Shown in pieces: positions 18,786 to 27,536 of a DNA stretch of 64,000 bases. Position numbers and translations under genes: made by a program. Source of the DNA: an uncultured Oscillospiraceae bacterium (lineage in GTDB: Bacteria > Bacillota > Clostridia > Oscillospirales > Oscillospiraceae). Within the stretch, counting starts at the first letter, position 1. The number at the start of each line of letters is the position of its first letter. The notes below the pieces were generated by a model that was given only the letters and a program-made list of their open reading frames with translations, did no database searches and had not been told where the DNA came from. Location: positions 3,342 through 67,341 of the forward strand of contig CANQQU010000005.1 in assembly GCA_947626085.1 (NCBI GenBank). Reading direction: 5' to 3'.

Positions 18786-20135
18786 TTAGGCGGGTTTTTG
18801 GGCAGGGAAGTGGATACTCAGGAAGAACATATCCTCCTGCACCGCTGTCTCCACCGTGCCGCCATACTGGGCGGCGATGTATTGGATGCTCTTGATGCCG
18901 AAGCCGTGGCGGGCCTGATCGGGCTTGGTGGTGTCCAGGGCGTCCCGGTCCGTATGGAGTACCCCGTCAAAATAGTTGGAGGTCTCGATCTCCAGGCCGC
19001 CGCCGGTGCTTTGCAGCGTCAGGGTGATGACCTTTTTCTCCTGGTCCGGCAGCTTCTGTACCGCCTCCACGGCGTTGTCGATCAGGTTGCCGAAGATGGT
19101 GTAGGTCTGCACCGGGGTAAGGAAGGAGAAGGGCGCCCCGCTGCCCATGCAGGTGAACTGGATGCCGTTTTTCTGGCACAGCAGGGATTTTTCGCACAGC
19201 ACCACGTCCAGTACCTCGTTGCCGGTCTTAATATTGGCGTCATAGAAGGTGATTGCCTCCTGGAGCTGGTCCAGCTCCTCCTGGTTCAGCTTGCCTTCGA
19301 TCCGGCGGAAGATGTGCTTTAAGTCGTGGCACTTCATATTGATGGCGTCCATGCTGGCCTTCACCGACTGGAACTGGGCCTGGTCCTGTTTCCAGAGCTG
19401 CTGCAGCACCTCCATCTGGTGGTCCTGCTCGTTCTGATGGAACACAAAGCCGCACAAAAACAGGATCATGGCGTTGATATCAATGCTGAAGGCCTTGATG
19501 AGCATACTCACCGCCATGCTCTCCGACTCATAGACCCGGCCCAGGCAGATCAGCACATTCACGGTGATCACCATGAAGACCGAAAGCAGCGCCACGTTCC
19601 GTTCCGTCCGCTTATTCCGGACCACCTTTCCCTTGGGGCGGAAGAAATAGGCCAGCAGCAGGAAGGCGGCGATCCGAAAGACGTAAAACAGGACCCATTC
19701 CCATTCCTGGAGGGTGGTGTAGTCCGGGTGGATCAGGGAAATGGTGAGCTTGTCGTTGATCCCCAGCAGGTTCTGAATGAGCGGATAGAGCTTGTTCACC
19801 ACCTGATAGGTGGCGGTACCGGCGCAGACCACCAGCAGCACGCCCTCCAAATTGTCCTGGAAGCAGCCGTAGGTGAAGACCAGGCAGTATGCGGTCACCG
19901 CCAGGTAGCACAGCACCCGAATCCAGATGGCAGGGTAGTTAAAGTAGATCACGCCCAGGCCGTAGCTCATTACGATCCCCAGGATCCACATCAGCCCGAT
20001 CCGCAGGAAGAAGTGCCGCCGCCGTCCTAAGTGCCGGGCAAACAGGGCGATGCACAGCTGGGTCTCCAGAAAGGTCATGATCAGGGAAAAGGAGTCGAAA
20101 ACCGAGGGCCCCAGCAGGGTGAAAATCTTATCCAT
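18786..20135 (-). CDS. AgrC-like (HPK10-type) membrane sensor histidine kinase
   Basis: The start is MDKIFTLLG (an 8-nt overlap with the regulator stop). The N-terminal region of about 200 aa has multiple TM segments. The H-box is CHDLKHIF, the N-box GNLIDNAVEA and the G-box GFGIKSI. Confidence 0.8.
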   Translation of the reverse strand: MDKIFTLLGPSVFDSFSLIMTFLETQLCIALFARHLGRRRHFFLRIGLMWILGIVMSYGLGVIYFNYPAIWIRVLCYLAVTAYCLVFTYGCFQDNLEGVLLVVCAGTATYQVVNKLYPLIQNLLGINDKLTISLIHPDYTTLQEWEWVLFYVFRIAAFLLLAYFFRPKGKVVRNKRTERNVALLSVFMVITVNVLICLGRVYESESMAVSMLIKAFSIDINAMILFLCGFVFHQNEQDHQMEVLQQLWKQDQAQFQSVKASMDAINMKCHDLKHIFRRIEGKLNQEELDQLQEAITFYDANIKTGNEVLDVVLCEKSLLCQKNGIQFTCMGSGAPFSFLTPVQTYTIFGNLIDNAVEAVQKLPDQEKKVITLTLQSTGGGLEIETSNYFDGVLHTDRDALDTTKPDQARHGFGIKSIQYIAAQYGGTVETAVQEDMFFLSIHFPAQKPA

Positions 20136-20847
20136 ATTTTTTACTCCCTGAAAATTCCTCGAACCGGCGGGTAAATTCGTTCTTCCGGGGGTGGCTGATC
20201 TGCAGCTCCGTGTCCCCCACAAAGACGCTCATGCCCGCGATCCGGGTCACATGGGCCAGATTGACCAGCAGGAAATTGTTGCACCGGGCAAAGCCGCAGG
20301 GCTCCAGCAGGGCCTCCACGCTTTTCATGGTCTGGTACTGCCGGAACTCGCCGGAGGCGGTGTGGTAGACGCAGTGGTGGGCTCGGACCTCTACATAGGA
20401 GATCTGCCGGGAGAAGAGCCGGACCACCCCGGTTTCCGTCTTGACCAGGATATCTACGCTGCTGGGCTTCCGGGACTGGAGCCGCTGGAAGGAGCGGGTG
20501 AATTTCAGCTTAAATTCCGGGTACCGGATCGGCTTGACGATGAAATCCGCCGCCTCCACCTCATAGCCGTGGATGGCGTACTGCTGCATACTGGTGACGA
20601 AGATCAGCATCACCTGCCCGTCCTTCTCCCGGAGGATTCGGGAGGCGTCCAGGCCGTTCATCAGGGGCATCAAAATGTCCATGAACACGATGTCCCACTC
20701 GGCGGTGTACCGCTCCAGGAAGGGCACGGCGTTGTAAAAAATGGAAATGTCAAAGGGCAGCTTGTACTCGGCGGCATACTGCCGCAGGGCCGCCTCCAGC
20801 TGGGCGGCGGCGTCCTTACTGTCCTCCACGATGGCGATTTTATACAA
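20128..20847 (-). CDS. LytTR-family response regulator
   Basis: A TTG start follows the RBS GGGGGA. The receiver has DIVFMDILMP, and the C-terminal LytTR domain contains ...ISYVEVRAHHCVYHT... Confidence 0.85.
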   Translation of the reverse strand: MYKIAIVEDSKDAAAQLEAALRQYAAEYKLPFDISIFYNAVPFLERYTAEWDIVFMDILMPLMNGLDASRILREKDGQVMLIFVTSMQQYAIHGYEVEAADFIVKPIRYPEFKLKFTRSFQRLQSRKPSSVDILVKTETGVVRLFSRQISYVEVRAHHCVYHTASGEFRQYQTMKSVEALLEPCGFARCNNFLLVNLAHVTRIAGMSVFVGDTELQISHPRKNEFTRRFEEFSGSKKYG

Positions 20848-20878
20848 GCGGCATCCCCCCGTCGATCATTTCATTTTT

Positions 20879-20907
20879 ATTATAACAAGCTCGTCCAAAA
20901 GAGTCAA
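20879..20907 (-). promoter_or_regulatory. Near-consensus sigma-70 promoter of the regulator-kinase operon
   Basis: The minus strand reads TTGACT-17 nt-TATAAT. Confidence 0.6.
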
Positions 20908-20932
20908 TTCACCGACTGAGAAAAAAGTAAAT

Positions 20933-20996
20933 TTGTGCGGTGGGAGAGCAAGGTTGTGCGGTTTTCCTTGTATTGCGGTTGGCGGGGGAGTATGCT
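20933..20996 (+). promoter_or_regulatory. Box B: direct repeats TTGTGCGG (20933-20940, 20954-20961), then TATGCT -10 at 20991-20996
   Basis: It has the same 21-bp phasing and 29-nt gap as box A. It is divergent from the regulator promoter and lies upstream of the lipoprotein-GH3 operon. Confidence 0.6.
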
Positions 20997-21050
20997 GAAA
21001 CTGCCAATAAAAGGGCCTCCGGCCCGGACTACTTTAAGGAGGAAACCCAA

Positions 21051-21668
21051 ATGAAAAAGACTATCAGCCTTCTGCTCACCGCCTGTCTGGTGGTTTGCCT
21101 GCTCTGCGCCTGCGACAGCGGCAGCTCCGCCGGCGGCAAGATCACCGGGATCTACCTGTCCCCGGCGAACCTGTCCTACCAGAATATGCGCCCCCAGTAC
21201 AACTACTATCTCACCACCTTCACCCAGCAGGAGCTGACCCTGATGGACGACAACACCTACTGCCTGGTGATCTCCGCCTCCACCTTCTCCGCTCTGGAGC
21301 TGGCCGAAAGCACCAACGATGCCAAGGGCAACGAGCGGGAGAACTACATCACCAAGATCTACGGTACTTACACCAGCGCCGTCAATGACCTGGACGAGGA
21401 TCTGCTGGATGTGACCCTGTCCGCCCCCACCCGGGTGGTCAAGAGCTACGACCAGACCTATTGGCTGGACACCGACGCCTGGACCGACAACATGGGCAAG
21501 CTGGTAGTGCCGCCCACCGGCTATGACGACAACGGCCAGCCCATCCGGGACGAGAACGCCACTCCCTGGACCGCTCAGCAGTATCTGGAGAGCGTCACCC
21601 TGACGACCACCACCATTCAGGTCAACCAGAAAACCGCCAGCTTCGACTTTACCGACTTCGGCGTGTAA
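21051..21668 (+). CDS. Lipoprotein of unknown function (205 aa)
   Basis: The RBS is AAGGAGG. The start MKKTISLLLTACLVVCLLCAC carries a lipobox. No family recognised. Confidence 0.7.
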   Translation: MKKTISLLLTACLVVCLLCACDSGSSAGGKITGIYLSPANLSYQNMRPQYNYYLTTFTQQELTLMDDNTYCLVISASTFSALELAESTNDAKGNERENYITKIYGTYTSAVNDLDEDLLDVTLSAPTRVVKSYDQTYWLDTDAWTDNMGKLVVPPTGYDDNGQPIRDENATPWTAQQYLESVTLTTTTIQVNQKTASFDFTDFGV

Positions 21669-21692
21669 GCCTCTGCCTTTGGAGGAATCGCC

Positions 21693-24584
21693 ATGGGAAA
21701 GAGTAATCTATGGCGGGGCATGACGGCGCTTTTGGCGCTGATCGTGTGCCTGACCAGCTTCGGCACCAGCCTGGCCTTCACCCGGGAGGGAGATGTGAAC
21801 CTGTTTTTGGGCACGCTGCCCCCGGCGGCGGCGGTGACGGACGACACCAATTACTATAAGTCCAGCTACGCCAGCATGGACGAGATGCGCCAGGCCCAGC
21901 AGGACTACCTGATCGAGAGTCAGATCGAAGGCTCCGTGCTGCTGCGCAACGAGAACGCCGCCCTGCCCCTGGCCAAGGATGCGGCCGTCACCCTCTTCGG
22001 CTTTGCAGCCGCCACCCCCGTGTATCATGGCGGCTCCGGCGGCCCCCCCAACACCGGCATCAACCTCTACGACGCCCTCAAGGCCGAAGGCGTCCGGGTC
22101 AACGACACGGTGTACAACGCCATTGTGAACACCCCCTCCGACCGGACCAAGACCGGTCTGATCGGGGAGATCCCCGCCTCCGCCTACGCCGGCACCGAGA
22201 GCTCCTACGCCTCCGACTACAATGACGCGGCCATTTACGTCATGAGCCGGTTCGGCGGCGAGGAAGGCGACCTGAACCACGGTCTCCAGGGCGACTGGCA
22301 GGAGGGCCCGGCGGACATCCCCGAGCTCAAGCTCCATCCGGAGGAGCTTGACACCCTGAACCTTATCAAGAATTCCGGCAAATTCGACAAGATCATTGTG
22401 GTTCTGAACTCCGGCTACGCCATGGAGCTCCAAGAGCTGATCGACCTGGGGGTGGACGCCATCCTCTGGATCGGCTATCCCGGCAACTACGGCATGACCG
22501 GCGTGGCAAAGATCCTCAACGGCCAGGCAGACCCTTCCGGCCGGAACGTGATCACCTATGCCGCCGATTCCCTGTCCAGCGCCGCGATGCAGAACGCCGG
22601 AGACTTCACCTTCACCAACCTGACGGGCCTTTACAAGAACAAGTACCTGGTCTACGCCGAGGGCATCTATGTGGGCTACAAGTACTATGAGACCCGGTAT
22701 CAGGATGAGATCCTGGGCCTGCACAACGCGACCTCGGAGAAGGGCGTCTACGCCTCCCAGAACGGGGCCTGGAACTATGCCGACGAGATGGTTTACACCT
22801 TCGGCGCGGGCCAAAGCTACGCAAGCTTCACCCAGGAGCTTCTCAGCGTCAACTGGGACAAGACCGCGCACACCCTCACCGCTCAGGTGAAGGTCACCAA
22901 CAACGGCGGCTTTGATGGCAAGTCCATGGATGTGGTCCAGCTCTATGTCCAGCTCCCCTGGCAGGAGGGACAGACGGAAAAGAGCGCCATCCAGCTCGTG
23001 GACTTTGCCAAGACCGGCCCCCTGGCCTCCGGTGAGAGCGAGACCGTGACGCTGGAGGTCTCCGACTATCTGTTCGCCGCCTATGACGCGAACGCCGTCA
23101 ACGGCGCGGATGGGACCAAGCAGGGCTGCTACGTCTTCGACGCTGGGGATTACTACTTCGCCATCGGCAGCGACGCCCACGACGCCCTGAACAATGTCCT
23201 GGCGGCCCAAGGGGTCACCGGCATGTATGACGCCGAGGGGAATCCAGTCTCCGGCGACAAGGCCAAGGTGGTCAAGGACACCCTAGCGGCCCTGGACAAC
23301 ACGACCTATGCCGTGTCCCAGCGCACCGGCGCGGTGGTTTCCAACCACTTCGAGGACCGGGACATCAACTATTTCCTCCCCGGCACCGTTACCTACCTGA
23401 CCAGGGCGGATTGGAACACCTTCCCCGACACGGTGGCCACCCTCACCGCCAACGAGGAGATCACCGACCTGATGGAGAACTTCCAGTACGAAAAACCCAG
23501 CGACGCCCCGGATATCTCTGCCTATAAGTATAAGCAGGAGAACGGCATCAGCTTCATTGACATGAAGGACGTGCCCTTCGACGATCCCATGTGGGACGAC
23601 TTCATCGATCAGCTCACCGTCACGGAGCTGGCCCAGATCACCGGCGACAAGATGGGCCTGGACAAGATCGAATCCATCGATATGCCCAGCTATGCCGGCG
23701 GCGACGGCCCCGACGGCCACCAGGCCGGCACCCTGTTCAACGCGGAAATGCTGGCGGCCTCCACCTTCAGCAAAGAGATGCTCCGGCTCCGCGGTGACTT
23801 CCTGGCGGAGGAGAGCTACTACATCGGCTTCCGGCAGATCTACGCCCCCGGCGGCAACATCCACCGCACGCCCTACTCCGGTCGGAACTTTGAGTACTAC
23901 TCCGAAGATTCTATCATGAGCTACCTGTGCGGCGAGGTCCAGACCCTGGCCATGGCCCAGAAGGGGTGCGTGGGCACCTTCAAGCACTTCTGCGGCAACG
24001 ATCAGGAGACCAACCGCCACGGCGTGGCCACCTTCATGACTGAGCAGACCTACCGGGAAGGACCCTTGAAGGGCTTCGAGGGCGGCCTGCAGGCCGGCCA
24101 CTCCATGGCCACCATGACGGCATATAACCGGATCGGCTGCATCCCCACCGCCTCCGACTATGCCACCATGACCACCGTCCTGCGGGAGGAGTGGGGCTTC
24201 ACCGGCATCAACATGACGGACTCCTCCAAGGACTCCGCCTCCTACATGGGCACGGCCGACGCCATCACCGCCGGGACCAACCAGTTCAACAACGACCCGG
24301 GCCGGGTGCCCGAGGTGTCCAACCTGCTGACCAAGGACCGGGACGGCTTCATCTGGGGCAAGCTCCGGCAGGTAGCTAAGTATTACCTGTACACCATGAG
24401 CCGGTCCAACCTGGTGAACGGCCTGGCCAAGGAGGTCCCCGTGGCGGACTACACGCCCTGGTGGAAGCCGGCAATGCTGGCTCTGGACGGGGTGCTGGGC
24501 GTCCTCACCGCTGCCAGCCTGGTGCTGTTCCTGGTAAACACCTATGGAAAAAAGAGGAGGAAAAACGATGAAAAATCTGCTTAA
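21693..24584 (+). CDS. Glycoside hydrolase family 3, permuted domain order, N-terminal signal-anchor and C-terminal TM anchor
   Basis: The GH3 C-domain text (VLLRNENAALPL...VGYKYYETRY) and an Fn3-like segment (VVQLYVQLP) precede the GH3 catalytic barrel. The barrel shows HRTPYSGRNFEYYSEDS, KHFCGNDQE and the nucleophile motif GFTGINMTDS. The C-terminal hydrophobic helix is followed by KKRRKNDEKSA. Confidence 0.85.
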   Translation: MGKSNLWRGMTALLALIVCLTSFGTSLAFTREGDVNLFLGTLPPAAAVTDDTNYYKSSYASMDEMRQAQQDYLIESQIEGSVLLRNENAALPLAKDAAVTLFGFAAATPVYHGGSGGPPNTGINLYDALKAEGVRVNDTVYNAIVNTPSDRTKTGLIGEIPASAYAGTESSYASDYNDAAIYVMSRFGGEEGDLNHGLQGDWQEGPADIPELKLHPEELDTLNLIKNSGKFDKIIVVLNSGYAMELQELIDLGVDAILWIGYPGNYGMTGVAKILNGQADPSGRNVITYAADSLSSAAMQNAGDFTFTNLTGLYKNKYLVYAEGIYVGYKYYETRYQDEILGLHNATSEKGVYASQNGAWNYADEMVYTFGAGQSYASFTQELLSVNWDKTAHTLTAQVKVTNNGGFDGKSMDVVQLYVQLPWQEGQTEKSAIQLVDFAKTGPLASGESETVTLEVSDYLFAAYDANAVNGADGTKQGCYVFDAGDYYFAIGSDAHDALNNVLAAQGVTGMYDAEGNPVSGDKAKVVKDTLAALDNTTYAVSQRTGAVVSNHFEDRDINYFLPGTVTYLTRADWNTFPDTVATLTANEEITDLMENFQYEKPSDAPDISAYKYKQENGISFIDMKDVPFDDPMWDDFIDQLTVTELAQITGDKMGLDKIESIDMPSYAGGDGPDGHQAGTLFNAEMLAASTFSKEMLRLRGDFLAEESYYIGFRQIYAPGGNIHRTPYSGRNFEYYSEDSIMSYLCGEVQTLAMAQKGCVGTFKHFCGNDQETNRHGVATFMTEQTYREGPLKGFEGGLQAGHSMATMTAYNRIGCIPTASDYATMTTVLREEWGFTGINMTDSSKDSASYMGTADAITAGTNQFNNDPGRVPEVSNLLTKDRDGFIWGKLRQVAKYYLYTMSRSNLVNGLAKEVPVADYTPWWKPAMLALDGVLGVLTAASLVLFLVNTYGKKRRKNDEKSA

Positions 24585-24975
24585 AGACAGACGCTTCGGA
24601 TTTTACCTCTCCGCCGGCAGCGCCGCTGCCGCCGTCATTGGCGCGGTGGTGTATGTGATCGTGTACATGGTCACCGCCGGGCAGACTGTGGACCGGGTCT
24701 TCGACTGGATGACCTTCGGCTTTGCCCTGGGCGGCGGCCTGGTGGGCCTGGCCTGTGAGATCTTCCGCCTCCGCTTCGGACCCATCCTGGCGACGTGCTG
24801 CCTGAGTGTGGGACTGGCCATTCACCTGGTGGAGTCGGCCTACCCCCTGGCGGATGTACTCACCGGCGTACCCTTCTTCGGGGGCAATTTCACCCTAGCC
24901 CTCATTTTCGCGGTCGTGTTTGGCCTGGCTACCCTTGTACAGGTGGCCGCGGCCTTCATGGAACACAATAAATAA
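24568..24975 (+). CDS. Small 4-TM membrane protein of unknown function
   Basis: The RBS is GAGGAGG. It overlaps the GH3 3' end by 17 nt and has four hydrophobic segments. Confidence 0.6.
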   Translation: MKNLLKDRRFGFYLSAGSAAAAVIGAVVYVIVYMVTAGQTVDRVFDWMTFGFALGGGLVGLACEIFRLRFGPILATCCLSVGLAIHLVESAYPLADVLTGVPFFGGNFTLALIFAVVFGLATLVQVAAAFMEHNK

Positions 24976-24994
24976 GAATTGGAGGAAAATCACA

Positions 24995-26350
24995 ATGAAA
25001 CTGCGTAAACTCCTGGCTCTGGTCCTGGCGGCCGTGATGCTCATGGGCATCTTGGCGGCCTGCGGCCCCACCGAAAACACCGACGGCACCAAGGAAAACA
25101 CCAACGGAAACACCAACGGTACCGAGGCCCCCGCTTCCAACAAGTCCTATCAGCTCTACGGCAAGTACGAGGAGGAGGGCGAGTTCGCCTCCATGATGAA
25201 CATGGCCTTCCTGCTGGATCTGAACGCCGACGGCACCGCCGTTTGCGACCGGTACTCCTTCGGCCAGTACGACGCCTCTCCCGCCGATTCCAACCCCTCC
25301 TACACCCAGAGCTACCTGTCCGGTACCTGGAAGGAAGTGGAAAAGGACGGCGTGCCCTGCCTGCAGATCAAGATCGCCTATGTGGACGAGGCGGGCAACG
25401 AGTCCAACAACCAGACCGCCTACGCCTACGAGGTGGCCGGTACCTACAGCTTTGAAATGACCTTCCCCGTGGTCCCCGGCATGTCCTACACCCGGAACGT
25501 GACCATGGAGGGCACGGAAAACAAGACCTACGCCACCGACGACGACTTCATCGCCGCCTACAAGATCGAGTTTACCGCTCCTGAGAACATCGGCTCCTTC
25601 GTGGACGCCGAGAACAACGGCACCGCTTATCTGCAGGCTGACGGCACCCTGCTGCTCTACGCCGGTTATGATAAGTTTGCTGACGGCAAGTGGACCAAGA
25701 CCGACGACGCCATCACCATTTCCGTGGGCGGCGAGGCCGTGGAAGTGACCATGGATGGCAATAAGGCCTCCTTCTCCTACAGCCGCAGCCTGGATGGCTC
25801 CAACACGGTGGATTACACCTTCGTCTGCGAGGACATCACCGCCATCGCCGCGCCCGAAGTGGGCGAGGACACCCCCTACACCGCTTCCGTTGACATGGGT
25901 GGCAACGAGACCACCGCGGAGCTGACTTTGGCTTCCGACGGCACCGCCAACCTGAAGGTCTTCACCGACATCCCCTGCACCTACACCCAGGTGGGCAGCG
26001 TGGTCATTCTGGAGGCTGCCGGGGAGCTGGAAGGCTACGCCGCTCAGATTTGGCCCGGCGTCAGCCATGCCTACATCCTCAACGAGGACCGGAGCATGGT
26101 GGGCGTGGTCAACGCCTATGAGGCCGGCGATCTGGTGCTGATCCTCCTGGACGAGACCAACATGAAGGTCTGCTTCCCCTCCTACGGGATGGAGCGGGAC
26201 GGCTTCACCTACACCCTCAGCGAGGACGGCACCGCGCTGACCGTCACCGCTCCCAGTGAGGAAGAGCTGGGCGCCTTTGCCCAGATCTGGGCCGGCGTCG
26301 GCGCTGAGAACTGGACCATCGACGGCAACACCGCTACCAAGGCGGAGTAA
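24995..26350 (+). CDS. Lipoprotein of unknown function (451 aa)
   Basis: The RBS is GGAGGA. The start MKLRKLLALVLAAVMLMGILAAC carries a lipobox, and an Asn/Thr/Gly linker follows. No family recognised. Confidence 0.7.
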   Translation: MKLRKLLALVLAAVMLMGILAACGPTENTDGTKENTNGNTNGTEAPASNKSYQLYGKYEEEGEFASMMNMAFLLDLNADGTAVCDRYSFGQYDASPADSNPSYTQSYLSGTWKEVEKDGVPCLQIKIAYVDEAGNESNNQTAYAYEVAGTYSFEMTFPVVPGMSYTRNVTMEGTENKTYATDDDFIAAYKIEFTAPENIGSFVDAENNGTAYLQADGTLLLYAGYDKFADGKWTKTDDAITISVGGEAVEVTMDGNKASFSYSRSLDGSNTVDYTFVCEDITAIAAPEVGEDTPYTASVDMGGNETTAELTLASDGTANLKVFTDIPCTYTQVGSVVILEAAGELEGYAAQIWPGVSHAYILNEDRSMVGVVNAYEAGDLVLILLDETNMKVCFPSYGMERDGFTYTLSEDGTALTVTAPSEEELGAFAQIWAGVGAENWTIDGNTATKAE

Positions 26351-26367
26351 TTCAGAAACTCATTCAC

Positions 26368-26393
26368 AAGGCCCCGGCAACCGCCGGGGCCTT
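26368..26393 (+). terminator. Stem-loop AAGGCCCCGGC-AACC-GCCGGGGCCTT (weak T-tract)
   Basis: A perfect 11-bp stem lies directly after the lipoprotein gene. Confidence 0.45.
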
Positions 26394-26419
26394 GCCATTC
26401 CAAACAGGAGATTCAGAAA

Positions 26420-27418
26420 ATGAAAAGAATTAAGTGGATCGCGCCACTGATTTTGGCGGCGCTCCTTCTGACCGCCTGCGCCGGCGGCGGGCAGGAGCCT
26501 CCCACGACCACCGCCGGGCAGGTGGTCAAGCTGATCGTGGACCAGAGCCCAGATCAGGTGGCCTATGTGGAAGGGGAGACCTTCGACCCTGCCGGAACGG
26601 TGATCAACGCCCAGCTGTCCGACGGCTCGATCCTGGAGGACGTGCCCTATACCGTCACGGTGGACACCCCCCTGACCCGGACTACGCTGTATGCCGAATT
26701 TGCCTACGGCGGCAAGACGGTGAGCATCCAGCTTCGGATCACTCTGGCGGGCAACGGCCCGGAATATACCTGTGAGAATACCCCCTTTGTCCCCGGCAGC
26801 CCTCTGGAGGGCAAGGTCATTTACTTCCTGGGCTCCTCCGTCACCTTGGGTGCCTATTCCGGGAATGAATCCATGGCGGACTACCTTGCCAAGAAGGATG
26901 GGGCTGTGTGCATCAAGGAAGCCGTGTCCGGCACCACCTTGGGGGATTTTAAGGACGGCAGTTATGTGGAGCGGCTGAATGCGTACCTGGCCTCTCCGGA
27001 CCGGGCGGAAAAGCTGGACGCCTTTGTGGTTCAGCTCTCCACCAACGACCGGAAATCCCCCAACCGCTACGGAGCTGTAACCGGCCCGGAGGTGCGGGAC
27101 CCGTCGGCCTTTGACATCACCACCTCCTTTGGCGCCATGGAGTATATCATTGCCACCGTCCGGCAGACCTGGGCTTGCCCGGTCTTCTTCTACACCAACC
27201 CGCCCCTGGACGAGGACTATGCAAAATTAGTGGAGGGCCTGGCTCAGATCGCGGAAAAGTGGAAGATCGGTGTGATCGATCTGTACCATGACCAAGCCTT
27301 CAACGACCTGACGGAGGAGGAATACGCCCTGTACATGGCCGACGAGGTCCATCCCACCAAGGCTGGCTACCGGGACTGGTGGCTACCGAAATTTGAGGAG
27401 GCACTGGCGGGGATCTGA
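26420..27418 (+). CDS. Lipoprotein with Ig-like domain and SGNH/GDSL-type hydrolase (carbohydrate esterase) domain
   Basis: The lipobox is LLTAC. Block I is FLGSSVTLG and block V is DEVHPT. Confidence 0.75.
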   Translation: MKRIKWIAPLILAALLLTACAGGGQEPPTTTAGQVVKLIVDQSPDQVAYVEGETFDPAGTVINAQLSDGSILEDVPYTVTVDTPLTRTTLYAEFAYGGKTVSIQLRITLAGNGPEYTCENTPFVPGSPLEGKVIYFLGSSVTLGAYSGNESMADYLAKKDGAVCIKEAVSGTTLGDFKDGSYVERLNAYLASPDRAEKLDAFVVQLSTNDRKSPNRYGAVTGPEVRDPSAFDITTSFGAMEYIIATVRQTWACPVFFYTNPPLDEDYAKLVEGLAQIAEKWKIGVIDLYHDQAFNDLTEEEYALYMADEVHPTKAGYRDWWLPKFEEALAGI

Positions 27419-27436
27419 GACAGCCCACCGTGAAAT

Positions 27437-27500
27437 CTGTGCCGCCGGATGGCAAGGTTGTGCGGTTTTGGTTGCATCACACGGCGGCAAATTGTACATT
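27437..27500 (+). promoter_or_regulatory. Box C: CTGTGCCG (27437-27444) and TTGTGCGG (27458-27465), then TACATT at 27495-27500
   Basis: It has the same 21-bp phasing and 29-nt gap. It lies upstream of the second GH3. Confidence 0.6.
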
Positions 27501-27536
27501 GTGTATGTTAAGACTACTAAAGGGAGGAAAACCGAT

